From Phycisphaeraceae bacterium (GTDB lineage Bacteria; Planctomycetota; Phycisphaerae; Phycisphaerales; Phycisphaeraceae), in assembly GCA_963674705.1 (NCBI GenBank), contig OY771506.1, positions 2,016,001-2,080,000 of the forward strand: a DNA stretch of 64,000 nt, written 5' to 3'. Of this stretch, positions 30,669-41,100 are shown piece after piece (within the stretch, counting starts at the first letter, position 1; the number at the start of each line of letters is the position of its first letter). Made by a program: the position numbers and the translations under genes. The notes under the pieces are model-generated. The model was not told the DNA's origin, searched no databases, and saw only the letters and a list, made by a program, of their open reading frames with translations.

Positions 30669-32258
30669 ATGCCTGAAGCATACGAAATGAACCTGTCATT
30701 TGTCGACATCGTGACGCTGTTTGCTTATCTCGGAGCTATGGCGTTGATGGGTTTGTGGTTTTCACGGAAGAACACGAACACCGAAGAGTACTTTGTGGGC
30801 GGCCGATCTTTCCCCGGCTGGGCGATCGGTCTGAGTATGGTCGGGACGTCGATCAGTTCCGTAACTTTTCTTGCGTTCCCCGGTGATGCATACAAAACAG
30901 CATGGTTGCGATTCCTGCCCAACCTGATGCTGCCTGTCGCGGTGCTGATCGCCGCCTTCGTATTTCTGCCGTTTTTCAGGCGAGGAGGGCTGACCACCGC
31001 ATACGAGTATCTCGAAGAACGGTTCGGGCCCTCGATACGGGTCTATGCATCGTTCGCATTCATCGTCGCGCAACTTTGCCGTGTCAGCATCATCCTCTAC
31101 TTGATCTCACTGGTGGTTCACGAGATGACTGGCCTGGACCCGACGCTCTGCGTCATCATCGGGGGCCTGTTCGTCGGCTTCTATACTATCATTGGCGGTA
31201 TCGATGCTGTTGTGTGGACAGATGTGGTGCAGACGATCGTGCTGGTATCCGGGGGGCTTATCTGCATGGGATACATTGTCAGCCACCTGCCCGGCGGCCT
31301 GGGTCAGATATTCGAAGTCGCTTCCGCGCACAATAAGTTCGCATTGTCGGAGGTGACCGACGGAGTAACTGCCGCTCAGACATGGAACCTGTCGCTATCT
31401 GAGAAGACGTCGACCATGATGCTGGTACTGGGTCTGATGTGGTATATCACGGAGTTCTGCTCGAGCCAGAACGTGGTGCAACGTTACGTGGCGGCGAAGA
31501 GTTCTAAAGAGGCTCGACGGGCCATGTACATCTGCGCCGCCTCCTGCGTCCCGATTTGGGCGTTCTTCATGTTTCTTGGGACCAGCCTGTTCGTTTACTA
31601 CCAGGTGTTCCCTGATGAGCGTGCTACTGAGATGCTTGTCGGTATCCGTAGGGCCGAACAAGTGCTGCCGTATTTTATCATGACGACACTGCCCACCGGG
31701 TTGGCCGGGCTTGTTATCGCAGCGGCGATCGCAGCCGCGATGAGTTCACTCGACTCATCGATCAACGCGATCTCGACGGTTGGGGTGGTGGATATCTACC
31801 GTCGGCATCTAGTCAAGGGGCGGGGAGACAAACACTATCTTAAAGTGGCGTGGGCAATCGCGACCGCAGCGGCACTCTTTATGATCGGCGGCGCGATTTG
31901 GCTTGCAAGCATCGAAACCAAGACACTGCAGGATACCGCAACCGTCATTACCTCTCTTGTCTCCGGCGGGATGCTCGGCATCTTCATGATTGGCTTTTTC
32001 ACACGCCGGGGCACGACCGCCAGCGTCTGGCTTGGGATCGCATGTTCGTTTGTGTTCACATTCTGGACGGTGATTGCACAGTACTTCCCGCAGATCTTGC
32101 CTAAGTTCCTGACGGTCCCATTTGATCTGTACTACACGGGACTGATCGGGCATGTCGTGATGTTCGTAGTGGCATATCTCAGCGGTGCCTTGATACCGAG
32201 CAAACCGCGAGACCTAGCAACGCTGACCGTGTGGGATCAATGCAAAGCGGCAGAGTAG
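30669..32258 (+). CDS. Sodium:solute symporter (SSS)
   Basis: EYFVGGRSFPGWAIGLS, TAYEYLEERFG, AVVWTDVVQ, QNVVQRY, AAAMSSLDSSIN; many TM segments. Confidence 0.93.
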   Translation: MPEAYEMNLSFVDIVTLFAYLGAMALMGLWFSRKNTNTEEYFVGGRSFPGWAIGLSMVGTSISSVTFLAFPGDAYKTAWLRFLPNLMLPVAVLIAAFVFLPFFRRGGLTTAYEYLEERFGPSIRVYASFAFIVAQLCRVSIILYLISLVVHEMTGLDPTLCVIIGGLFVGFYTIIGGIDAVVWTDVVQTIVLVSGGLICMGYIVSHLPGGLGQIFEVASAHNKFALSEVTDGVTAAQTWNLSLSEKTSTMMLVLGLMWYITEFCSSQNVVQRYVAAKSSKEARRAMYICAASCVPIWAFFMFLGTSLFVYYQVFPDERATEMLVGIRRAEQVLPYFIMTTLPTGLAGLVIAAAIAAAMSSLDSSINAISTVGVVDIYRRHLVKGRGDKHYLKVAWAIATAAALFMIGGAIWLASIETKTLQDTATVITSLVSGGMLGIFMIGFFTRRGTTASVWLGIACSFVFTFWTVIAQYFPQILPKFLTVPFDLYYTGLIGHVVMFVVAYLSGALIPSKPRDLATLTVWDQCKAAE

Positions 32259-32502
32259 CACGACCTCTGACATATTTATCACAAAAATATCTGGAGTATG
32301 ACGTATGTGCCGGCCCAGCGGCTTGTGACCTGCTCTGTAGAAAACCTCGGATGTTAGGCGCTTGTTCTAGTGAGTGCGCAACCGCGTAAGGGTTCAAAAC
32401 ACAGCCGACGTAGAAGTGCATTGGCATCAATGGATTAACGGATGCATCTATCTTTGTTATCGGGATGAACCTGCAAAGCTTCGGTTGGGGAGAATAGCCG
32501 GG

Positions 32503-33569
32503 ATGAGTTACTGCCCGTGGCTGTTCGTGTTGGTTGCGTTGTCGGGCTGGGTCAATCGGCACCAGCAGTCTGTGATTGACTACCTTAAAGAAGAGAACCG
32601 GGTACTGCGTGAGCAGCTTGGTGAGAAGCGTCTGCGCTTCACCGATGACCAGCGGCGGAGGCTTGCAGCCAAAGCTAAGAGGTTGGGGCGCAAAGTATTG
32701 CGAGAACTGGACACGCTCGTTACACCAGATACACTGCTGCGTTGGCACCGACGGTTGATCGCCATGAAGTACGATGGCAGCAAGAACCACGGACCCGGGC
32801 GCCCGGGCGGATCCGGGCCTTGGTGGTGCGCATGGCGACGGAGAACAAGGACTGGGGCTACGACCGCATCGAAGGCGCACTATCAAACCTGGGCCATCGG
32901 GTCAGTGACACTACGATCGGTCGGATTCTCAAGGCGCAGGGTATTGAGCCGGCGCCCAAGCGAAGCAAACGCGGAAGCTGGGAGACTTTCCTCAAGGCGC
33001 ACTGGGAACACCTCGCGGCAGCCGACTTCTTCACGGTGGAAGTTTGGACACTCGGTGGCCTGGTTCGTTATCACGTGCTGATCGTGATGGACCTGGCCAC
33101 ACGGCACGTTGAGGTGGCAGGTATCTGCCCGCAACCCGACGGCCCATGGATGATACAAGTCGCACGCAACCTCACGGATGGGATCGACGGATTCCTCCGG
33201 CATAAGCGATTTCTGATCCATGATCGGGACCCGGTCTTCACCCACGAGTTTCGCGAGACATTAGAGGGGTCGGGTGTGAACCCTGTCCGGCTCCCGCCAA
33301 GGAGCCCCAATCTGAACGCTTATTGCGAGCGCTTCATACGCTCCATCAAGGAAGAGTGCCTGGATCAGATGATCCCAATTGGCGAAGCCCATCTACGCCA
33401 TGCTGTTGATGAATACGTCGCCCACTATCACCGCGAACGCAATCACCAAGGGATGGGCAACCAGCTGCTCGATTCCGATCAGGTCAACCCATCATCCGGC
33501 CCGATCGAATGTCATGAACGCTTAGGCGGTATGTTGAAGTACTATCACCAAAGGAGCACAGCGGCATGA
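32503..33569 (+). pseudogene. Integrase-core (rve-type) transposase, frameshifted near 32800-32815
   Basis: [15 protein letters not shown]...[11 protein letters not shown]...GPGRPG, then a different frame [23 protein letters not shown]...ADFFTVE...IHDRD...[17 protein letters not shown]...[10 protein letters not shown]. Confidence 0.88.
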
Positions 33570-33904
33570 CCATGGAGTTCTTGAATCGTGCGGCATTGGT
33601 GGTCAGGCCGAAGCAGCCCTACATCGATTGGGCGAATGCCTTTGATGATGGTGGGCCGCAGTACGATCCGGATCATCATCCAGCGAAGATCTTCCTGATC
33701 GATGAAGTGGCGGATACGCATGACATCAAGAAAGTCGTGCGCCGTCTATGGCCAGCGATCTTTGAAGAAGAACTCAACAGCTGGATGCGCGCCCCGGATG
33801 TCTGGCCGCCGCGGCGGACGTTGCAGGTCTTCCTCGAGTGGTTTGAGGTTGAAGTCTGCGACCTCGTCCTTGATCTGGGCAAGAAGGCAATCGATTACGA
33901 CTGA
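33566..33904 (+). CDS. Hypothetical passenger protein inside the IS
   Basis: ATGA overlap with the transposase stop; [17 protein letters not shown]...IFEEELNSW...WP..R....F.EWF. Confidence 0.75.
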   Translation: MTMEFLNRAALVVRPKQPYIDWANAFDDGGPQYDPDHHPAKIFLIDEVADTHDIKKVVRRLWPAIFEEELNSWMRAPDVWPPRRTLQVFLEWFEVEVCDLVLDLGKKAIDYD

Positions 33905-33955
33905 ATCAGCCAGTAGAAAAGGATGTCTATCTGTCGGCTGAGTTTTGAACCCTTA

Positions 33956-34465
33956 CGCGACACCCGCGTGCCCCACAACGCCTCGGTAATGTCCTCCACA
34001 CGACGCACACTCACTCCCGCCAGGTACATCTCGATCAACGCCTTCTCTACCGAGGACTCCCGACGCTTGTACCGCTCGATGATCTGTGTCTCGAACGGCA
34101 AACTCCGAAGCCGCGGCACCTTCAGCGTCACCTCGCCCGCCTTGGTCTGCAGCTTCCGGGGGTAGCTGCCCGCCCGTGTGTCTTTCCGAGCGTCCGTCCG
34201 CTCATACCGCCCGGCCCCGCACAACGCCTTGGCCTCTTCCTCCAGCAGCCCGTTGAGCGTCTGCTCGACACTCTCACGCACCACCCGGTCCACGTGTCCC
34301 CGCACCCGGGCCTCATTGATCTTGAACGCGTCTTTCATCCCGAGGCCCGTCGCTGTAATATCATCCGTCATGGCAGTTCTCCTGTGAATGGGGTTGTCTA
34401 ACACACCAACACCATCCGCTCGGAGGACTGCCTTTTCAAATTTGCGCATAATTCAGGACGTTATC
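33956..34465 (-). mobile_element. 5' fragment of an IS256-family element
   Basis: ATG 34371: ...RAGSYPRKLQTKAGEVTLKVPRLR...IEMYLAGVSVRRVEDITEALWG, cut by the preceding IS. Terminus GATAACGTCCTGAATTATGCGCAAA resembles IS256 ends. Confidence 0.88.
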
Positions 34466-34692
34466 ACCGACCATTGAGCACGAGCCACGATCCGATCCCC
34501 ATCCGCGCGACCGAATCCCCGCCGCCGATCGGGGAGGTCGGGCCTGTCCATCGGCACGAGTTGTTGGCGGGCTGTTGAGTCATTACGAGCGAAAAGCAGC
34601 ATGAAATAAGGGAAAAACTGGCGGTGCCCAACATTTTGAACCGGCCCCGAGTGGTTGCAGCTTTTCGCCGAATCCGCAAATGGACCACTTCA
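34466..34692 (+). mobile_element. Right part of the TAGAGTGGTCCA-type IS (transposase C-terminus plus right end)
   Basis: ...GPVHRHEL / GGLLSHYERKAA* (frameshifted), then TTGAACCGGCCCC...TTTTCGCC...GCAAATGGACCACTTCA, similar to 11350-11408. Confidence 0.75.
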
Positions 34693-34697
34693 CCACT

Positions 34698-35099
34698 TCA
34701 CTTAAGTCCCAATAGACTGCTGATGTCCCGCCAGAAAATCCAATCAGGAAAGGAAGCGTTTGCGTGAAAAGCCAAGAACACTTCGATTGCTTGGTCAATG
34801 GTAAACCATTCATTGCTCTTCAAAGCTACTTCGCTACCTGCAAACCGCAACTTTGTGTCATCGGGAAATGCTCTATTTTGTTTTTCTTGATAAGCCCGAA
34901 AATGGTAAAGTGGTTCAACCGTTCGTTTTTCAATCATGCAAGTTGCGCCTCCACCGGCGACTTGCACATAATTGCCGTGGTTATCTTCCAGTGCAGCAAA
35001 CTCATGCCGACCGGTCAACTTGAGTCTTCTTAGCGTTCGCTCAACTTCTTTAGCCGTTGGATTTGTAACCGCAGGTGCGGATTCCATTGTAAGGATCAT
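34698..35099 (-). CDS. Putative immunity protein of the RHS toxin
   Basis: Small cytoplasmic ORF directly after the toxin stop. GAGG RBS before ATG 35099; alternative start 35126 overlaps the toxin end. Ends F..F......P....WRDI. Confidence 0.7.
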   Translation of the reverse strand: MILTMESAPAVTNPTAKEVERTLRRLKLTGRHEFAALEDNHGNYVQVAGGGATCMIEKRTVEPLYHFRAYQEKQNRAFPDDTKLRFAGSEVALKSNEWFTIDQAIEVFLAFHANASFPDWIFWRDISSLLGLK

Positions 35100-35115
35100 G
35101 TAAGCCTCGATATGC

Positions 35116-38100
35116 CTATTTGACATAAATTGTCTGGACTCCGAATATTTTTTGACCGGCTAAGGGCCCATCACCCAAGATAACCGCATCACGCGTGTGT
35201 TGCACGTGTATGTCATTGAGTCGTTGCAGTGGTGTTTTCGACGCAGTTCCGCTTTTGACTTCAATCCCCCACAAACGTCCTTTCGAATCAAGAACGACAG
35301 CGTCATAGCGACGCGTGCTTACCAATCCGCGCACAGTTACCTGCTCACCTACAACATTGACACCTTGGTCTCGTAGTCCTTGGACGACAAGCTTCTCTCC
35401 GGGAGTTCCTGGAGGAGCCGCACCGCGAACACTAGCGAACTTTCCGTCTGGGGTTCGGATGCTTCCGTCGGGATACACGCGAGTGGTTTTCGCGGGTCTG
35501 ACACCTATTGACCCAGAGGTGTCAAGCGCATTGTCAACTTTAGTCCACTGGCCGTCAATTCTAGTGACGACATTGTCTACAGTCATCATATCATCTGTAA
35601 GCCTCAGGCCGTCATCAACCAAGCCGCTACCACGGAAGACCCATGCACCTATAGCCTCACCGCCCATTGTTTCGGTTGCCAATTGGAAGGCATCAACCTG
35701 TAAGCTTGCACTGAAGTATTTGTCTGTGATGCCATAATCCCCAGCCCAGTAACGGTTTTCAACAGTAGGCAATCCATAGCCCATCATTGCATTCATTTGT
35801 GCTTGAGATGAGCTATTGTTGGCGATTGTAGCCAGAAGGTTCCACGCACCTCTGCCGGTATTCTCGATGGCATTTCCTGCGCCCGCATAATAACTAATGC
35901 CGAGATCAAAATATGTATCAGAAAGCACAGGTATCGAAGATAAAGGATCCTGGAAGAACTCGTTATGTATATCGTAAAGATTTGATGGTAGTTCTCCTAC
36001 CAGCACTATGGAGTCAGCTATACGAGGAGATGCTACATAAACATTACTCATATAGGATTTGCTGGTGTATATATCTAGTGTCTGGTATCCAAATTCGTGG
36101 GCATATGGCTCTTGTGCAAGACTTGGAGAGGTCTGCATCAGGAAACCCGCTACTACTCCTCTAAGAACGGTTTCTCGTGTTACAGTGTAATCCTTGTAAT
36201 CCTTAGAATCCCAATCGTGACCAAAGTTTTTGAATAATGCTTCACTCGGCCTTGCATATTCGTCTTGTTTTTTCCAGTATTCCGGGGACTCACGTGCAGG
36301 ATCATTCAGTATGGCGTTGGCTAATCCGGCCCCTATCAATTTGCCACCAAAACCCGACGGATCCACATACATCAGTGGGTTATTCATGACGTACGCATAG
36401 AGGTTATACCCGTCCACATATCCCGCCGGATCGCGTTGCAGGAAGCGGCCGAGGGTGGAGGAGTACATGCGGTTACGGTAGTGCCACAGGCCTTCGGAGA
36501 CGACGGCGGTGTTGCCGGTGGGGTCGGTCTCAGGGTCGTAGCGTCTGCCGGTGAAGCCGTAGGGGTTGCCGACTATTGATATATTGGGTTGTGAGAGGCT
36601 GGTGCGTGTGGTCCAGCTTCCACCGTAGTTGATAAAGGCGGTCATCCCGCCGAAAGGCTGGTAGCGGGAGCGTTCGGTGACGTCGCCGGTCCAGCTTGCC
36701 AGGGCGACAACGGAGTACCGTCTGTCCTGGAAGTAGTAGAGCTTCTCATCGTAGACATGCTCTTCATTGATCAGGAATGCCGGCGAATCGACGTAGCTGT
36801 TGTATGCGTAGCTCTTGGCGTGGATGATCAAGGTTGGTAGACCAGTGCCGTCGGGGTCGTAGAGGTCCATCACAACACGGCTGCCGTCGTATACGTAGAA
36901 GTGCAGCGATCCGCTGGAGCCCTTACGCATCGCAACCCGTCGGTTCAACGCGTCGTAAGCGTATTCGGCCTGAAGCCTCCAAGTGCCGGCGCCCGCAGCG
37001 TCGTACTGCTCTGCCTTGACCAAGCGGTTGGCCCAGTCGTAGGTATACAACAGGTCATCGTTGGCGGGAGAAGACTGATTGGCACCGATATAGATCAGGT
37101 TACCACGGTCGTCGTAGTGGCGATTGGTACTGGGCGCACCGGCACCGATGGCGGTGTATTCGTTGTTGCCGCTGACCACGTAGTTTTCTACCGAGCCGTT
37201 CTGGTCAGTGTTAGACCAGTTGCCGACCTTGTCGTGGTCCCACTCTGTATCGTTCGAGGCGTTGGGTGTACCCGACGGGCCTTTACGGGTTAGCCGGTGT
37301 AGCTCGTCGTAGTCATAGTAGTCGGTGATGGGAGTGGAGCCGCCGATGTAGTCGGTGATGGCTTCGGTTTTGATGTTGCCGATGGCGTCGTAGGTGGTTA
37401 CCTGCCGGAAGGAATTGGTGGTTGGGTTGGCATTGCGATCGTATCGGCGCTCGGATTCACGGCCACGGGAATCGTAGGTGAGTTGGAGAGTGTGGCCGAG
37501 TGTATCCGAGCCAAGGACCTGTGACGTAAGTCGACCGGAGTTGTTATAGGTGTACCGGGTGTCGGTTACACCCATGGATTCGACCTTACTCAACAGTCCG
37601 CGCATGTTTTCCTTGTAGGTGATGGTGCGGCTGATCGTGGGGGTCTGTGGGGTATAGTCGGCGTAGAGGTCCTTGGTGATGATTCGGGAGTCGGGGCTTG
37701 TCCCGGCGGAGTATGTGGTCTTGACGGCGTGGGCCCGGGTGGTGCCGACGTAGCTGACTTCTTCGAATGTCCGGCCAGCGAAGTCGTAATCTAAGTCGAC
37801 GTTGTATGTAACAGGGGTGCTCAGACCGGCATTCGTGTCGCTGGCAGTAGTAATCCTGGACAGCTTGTCGTATTCGAACTCCTGAAGCGGGACCGCGATA
37901 CCGGTTGTATCCTCGACTGCTTCGACACGGTTAAGATTGTCGTAGGTCCGGGTGATTTCTGTGCCGTCACGAAGTGTTGTGATTTCGGCGTTACCGTTCA
38001 GGTCGTACCTGACGGTTTGCACTTCACGATTGCTCAAGTCGGAGGGGCCGTAGTCATAGGTATAGGTGACACGGTTGAGTTCGTCGTAGGTATAGCGGAC

Positions 38101-41100
38101 GGCTTCTTCATCGTCCTCGTCCGTGTCAATCGCTACACGGTATTCTCCGGCTTCGCTGATGTGGTTGCCATCGATGACGGCAAGCAGGTTGCCGTTGGGG
38201 TCGTAACGGAACTTGGTGATGGATTCTTCGGTTTCCCCCAGGGCTTCGATGGTCCGGACGACCCGGCCGTTGGCGTCGTAATCCTTCTGGGTGATATTGC
38301 CGTTGGCGTCCGTGACACGGGTCTGTCGGCCGTTGGCGTCGTACTCGAAGCGTGTGATCGCCTCGATCACCGAGCCGGGGGCCTCGATCAGACGAGTGAG
38401 TTGACCGCGTGCGTCATATTCGAAGACGGTGGGGGCGTCGTTGGGAGTATCTGACTTGATAATCAGGCCTCGACGATCGTATTTCCAAGAGGCGGTTTCG
38501 ATACCGCCCAACTCAGTCTTAATGCGTTGACCGGCGGCGTCGGCGTATGTGGTAGCGGTCACGCCGTATGGGTCTTCACTTGTGACGGTGTTGGTGTCAT
38601 CGTCGTAAGCGGTTGTACTTGTCAGGTTGGTTCCAGAAGGATCGCCGACGATGGTTTTGATGAGCCGATTTAATTCATCGTACTCGTAGGTGGTGGTAAA
38701 TTCATCGGACGTGTTAAGCGCGCGGACTTCCTGAATGACGTTCCCTACGGGGTCGTATTCATACTGCGTGGTGACTTCTTCGGATGTAGATTCGGCCTGG
38801 GTAACCGTCAGAGTCCGTCCGAGCACATCGTAGGTCATCCGGGTGATGATGCCTTTGGGGTCTTTGATGGACAGGGCGCGGCCAAGGCCGTCGTAGGCGG
38901 TGATAATCTCGGGTTCGGATTGGTTCTGGTCATCAAGCAACTTGACGTATTGCGTGACTTTGTAAGGCTCGCCGAAGTCATTATAAGTAGTATAGTTCTG
39001 CTCATTACTACGTGCGTCGACGGTTTGCGTCAGCCGACCATACCCGTCGTACTGTAACTCAACCGGGACAGTGAGGAGCCCTTCGTTATGAAGGGGGGTG
39101 TATTGTTCTACGACCTGGTTGTTCTCGTTGTATTCAAGTGTTGTTCGTTCGCCTAGCGGTGAGACAGAAGCGATTTGGTTACCGAATCCGTCGTACTCAT
39201 AAGTCGTTGTGTAGCCCAAGGCATCCCGTGTCGAGACTTGACGGCTCAATGCATCGTAGGAAGCGTAGGTGGTGAAGCCTTCCTCATCGGTAGCACTGAT
39301 TTGGTTGCCATTGCCGTCGTAGGTGAATGTGCGGGTGTGTCCTAAGGCATTGGTTGAGGCGATCAGTTCATTCCGCTTGTTGTATGCGAATTCGGTTTTC
39401 CTGGTGTAAGAATTCTCGAAGCCGTCGATCAGATACCGGGTCCTTACCAGGTTGCCCGCGGCATCATAATCCTTCACCGTTTTATGCACGGCCGATGATA
39501 CACCGTCCACATGATTGACAGTGATCGAAGAAGTCTTGATACGTCCTAAGGCGTCGTATGTGACCTCCGTGGTGCGGAAGTCGGATGCGGCGCTGGTCGG
39601 ATCCGTAGCATAACTCGCGAGTTTCGTATCTTTCAGGGTTGTCTTAATACGAAGGTTGCGGTCGTCATAGTCATAGTGGACGTGGCTCTCGGGCACGGTT
39701 TCCCATGCGGCAGGACCTGCGTCCGGGTCCCATGCGAACATCATCTCATCGGTGAGATTGCCGGCCTCATCGTAGGTGTAGGTAGTCCGGCTCAGGTAGT
39801 CTGAGGCAGATGGAGTACCTGTCGTTTGGTTGACAACGGTCGCACCCTTGATGCGTTCTTCCCGCAACCTACCGAGGGAGTCGTGCTCATACTCGATGGT
39901 GCGTATATTGTGTGAATTCGGGTCGTCGCTGTTACTGATAGTCTTGATCTTGCGGTTTAGCCGATTGTAGACATACTCGGTCGAGAGAGATTCCACAAAT
40001 ACAGGGGACTCGCTGGTGTTATTCTCGCCGTAGTATCCGATGGTTTCAAGAGTCAGGTTACCACGCTCGTCATATTCGAACTCGGTAGCACGCTGATCGC
40101 CCCATGTTTCCCACCGGCGGATAAGACCGTTAGCTTTGTCATAGGTGAAACGCGTGGTACGTTCTTCACCGTCAGCAATAGCGGTGGTTTCGGTGAGGTT
40201 GCCGGCGCCGTCGTATCGGTTGCGAACTTTGTCTCCCAATGCGTTGGTTGTCTGAATCAGACGATTCAGTTCATCGTACTTAAATGTTGTGGTGTTGCCA
40301 TTCGCATCGGTAGTTGCGATGCGGTCTCCCACGGCGTCATATTCATAACTTGTCACATGCCCGAGTGGGTCGGTCTGGGTTGCGATACGCTCGAAGTTCC
40401 GGCCGTAGAACGGCGTGGTATAGGTGATAGATGAGACCGCTTCAAGTGGATTCTTTGTTTTAACGAGTCTGCGATTCTCATCGTATTCGTTAATGGTCAC
40501 CCCGCCCGCGGCATCGACCAGCCGTGTTGGCTGACCGTAGGCATTCAGTTCGACCTGAGTGGTGTTGCCGTCCGGATCGGTTGTGGCGATTACACGTCCG
40601 AAGTCGTCGTATGTATAGTTTGTGAATCGTCCGAGTGGGTCTTTTGTGCGGACGTTATTCAGGCCGTGTATGTCGTAGAAGTATTCTGTAACGGCGTTAT
40701 CCAAGTCGCTGCCGGAACCGTCATACTGACGGATTTTCTCCGTAAGCATGATCAGATTCCCGTACTTGTCGTAGTCATATTCGGTAGTGTGCTTTTCGGA
40801 ATCTAGTGATGCACTAAAGTTGCCTGTAAATTGGAGTTCGCCATTGCCATTGAGTACCGGAACGCCGTCCGCATCGACGATTAATTCCTTGACGTATATA
40901 CCGATATGGCGTTTGTCAACCAGGATATCGATACCGGGGTCGCTGCTGTTGTACTCGAGATAGGTCTCCAAAACATCGATGTGGTAATCATCTCCCCCAT
41001 CATGCTCGATCTCGTCTACCTGGGTGTATTGATATTCCGGACGGTTCTCGTCGTTATAGATGGTTGCCTGGGTATCACCTTCAGGCGTGGTGAATGAAAT

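Larger units (their letters stand above)
32387..33955 (+). mobile_element. IS with terminal inverted repeats, integrase-core transposase and a passenger gene
   Basis: Left TAAGGGTTCAAAACACAGCCGAC; right end reverse-complements to TAAGGGTTCAAAACTCAGCCGAC. CGCG flanks both sides. Confidence 0.85.

Noticed and set aside
32790..32820. Programmed -1 frameshift in the transposase
   Set aside because: No slippery A-run heptamer is present. A few residues appear to be missing between GRPG and IRALV, which fits a small deletion better.
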